From assembly GCA_030141605.1 (NCBI GenBank), contig JAQGDQ010001171.1, positions 1-57,555 on the forward strand: a DNA stretch of 57,555 nucleotides, read 5' to 3'. Shown here piece after piece: positions 56,677-57,555 of the stretch. This DNA comes from Tubiluchus corallicola (Eukaryota > Animalia > Priapulida). Position 1 is the stretch's first letter; every line of letters starts with the position of its first letter. The notes beneath the pieces were generated by a model. That model did not search any database. It was not told the DNA's origin and saw only the letters and a list, made by a program, of their open reading frames with translations. The translations under genes were made by a program, and so were the position numbers.

Positions 56677-57305
56677 CCCTTATAGGGTCACCGGGGGGTA
56701 AAAAATTACCCTCAGACCGGTTTTTTGCATTTTACCCTTTTATCATACGCATCCCAGTAAACCTTTTCTATGACTTTTCCTAAATATGTTTTGTGCACAA
56801 AATACTTTCAGTTATTTATTTTAGGCGCATTGTCTCGCCACGAAATAAAAGTGAAAATGCAATATGTCGATTTTTTACAGGCGATGTATCTGATAAAACA
56901 AAATGTCAAACGTCTGTATGCTGACGTAGAACTAGTCTACTCACAACTACAAAGACAATCAGATCATAAACTCAGTCACTCGGCATCTTCAATGTTGCTA
57001 GCAATGTCGGTTGTTTACGGTTATTCCAACATAGATAAGGGAACGTAACTAAGTGAATTTAAATTTTGTATTACTAGCAAGTCACATGTCTTTAAGCAGA
57101 GGTATAATGTATCCTATGGTGGTCAGCATAACCACAAATTATGCTGTTTCTGTTCACTAATGAAAAACAGCGTTTTATCAAAAGTAATTTACGAATTATG
57201 GTGGGGGTAATTTTTAATCTGTTTACCAATAAAACACGCCGGTTTATCAAAAGTAATTTTTACCCCCCCCACCCCCGGTTAACAAAATTCGTGACCCTAT
57301 AAGGG
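56677..57305. mobile_element. piggyBac-like MITE
   Basis: TTAA|CCCTTATAGGGTCAC ... GTGACCCTATAAGGG|TTAA. Confidence 0.85.
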
Positions 57306-57555
57306 TTAATAGATTAATTGAATTAATCCAGAATACAACCACGTACAAATCGATATAATTGGCTATTGAACAATAATTCAGTTAACCAAAAGTAAAATAT
57401 ACGTGTTACAGACTGACTTAAAGGCAGTGTTTTAGCGCAAGTAAATGGAATTCTTGAAATTTTTTCCTCGTTTTTCTCACCTTAAACAATACGTAACTTG
57501 CAGATGTACTTCGTTCAGTTACGTATTGTAAACAAAGGCCTTTGAAAGCTACTTA

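Overview
AT-rich, intron- and repeat-rich metazoan (invertebrate) genomic DNA, not prokaryotic. It holds three protein-coding genes. (1) The 5' part of a USP24 ortholog on the minus strand: 20 coding exons assembled by hand from ATG 33032 down to 1426, 2757 nt / 919 codons in one open frame, continuing past the left edge. (2) An intronless-CDS secreted C-type lectin on the plus strand (34377-35246). (3) A complete 9-exon PLP-dependent threonine dehydratase with an ACT domain on the plus strand (37428-49178, about 466 aa). USP24 and the plus-strand genes diverge from a compact promoter at about 33.1-33.3 kb. Introns contain many MITEs and transposon remnants (hAT, Tc1/mariner, Harbinger, piggyBac, Kolobok-like, RTE and other LINE fragments, tRNA-SINEs) and many minisatellites. 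The most unusual pattern is repeated duplication of exon-intron boundaries: about 30 copies of a USP24 donor, 10 copies of a dehydratase acceptor, and two further duplicated USP24 acceptors, with the functional site always the exon-proximal copy. USP24 also needs a GC-AG intron. Most long ORFs in the track are repeat artefacts. All gene models are manual inferences without transcript data.
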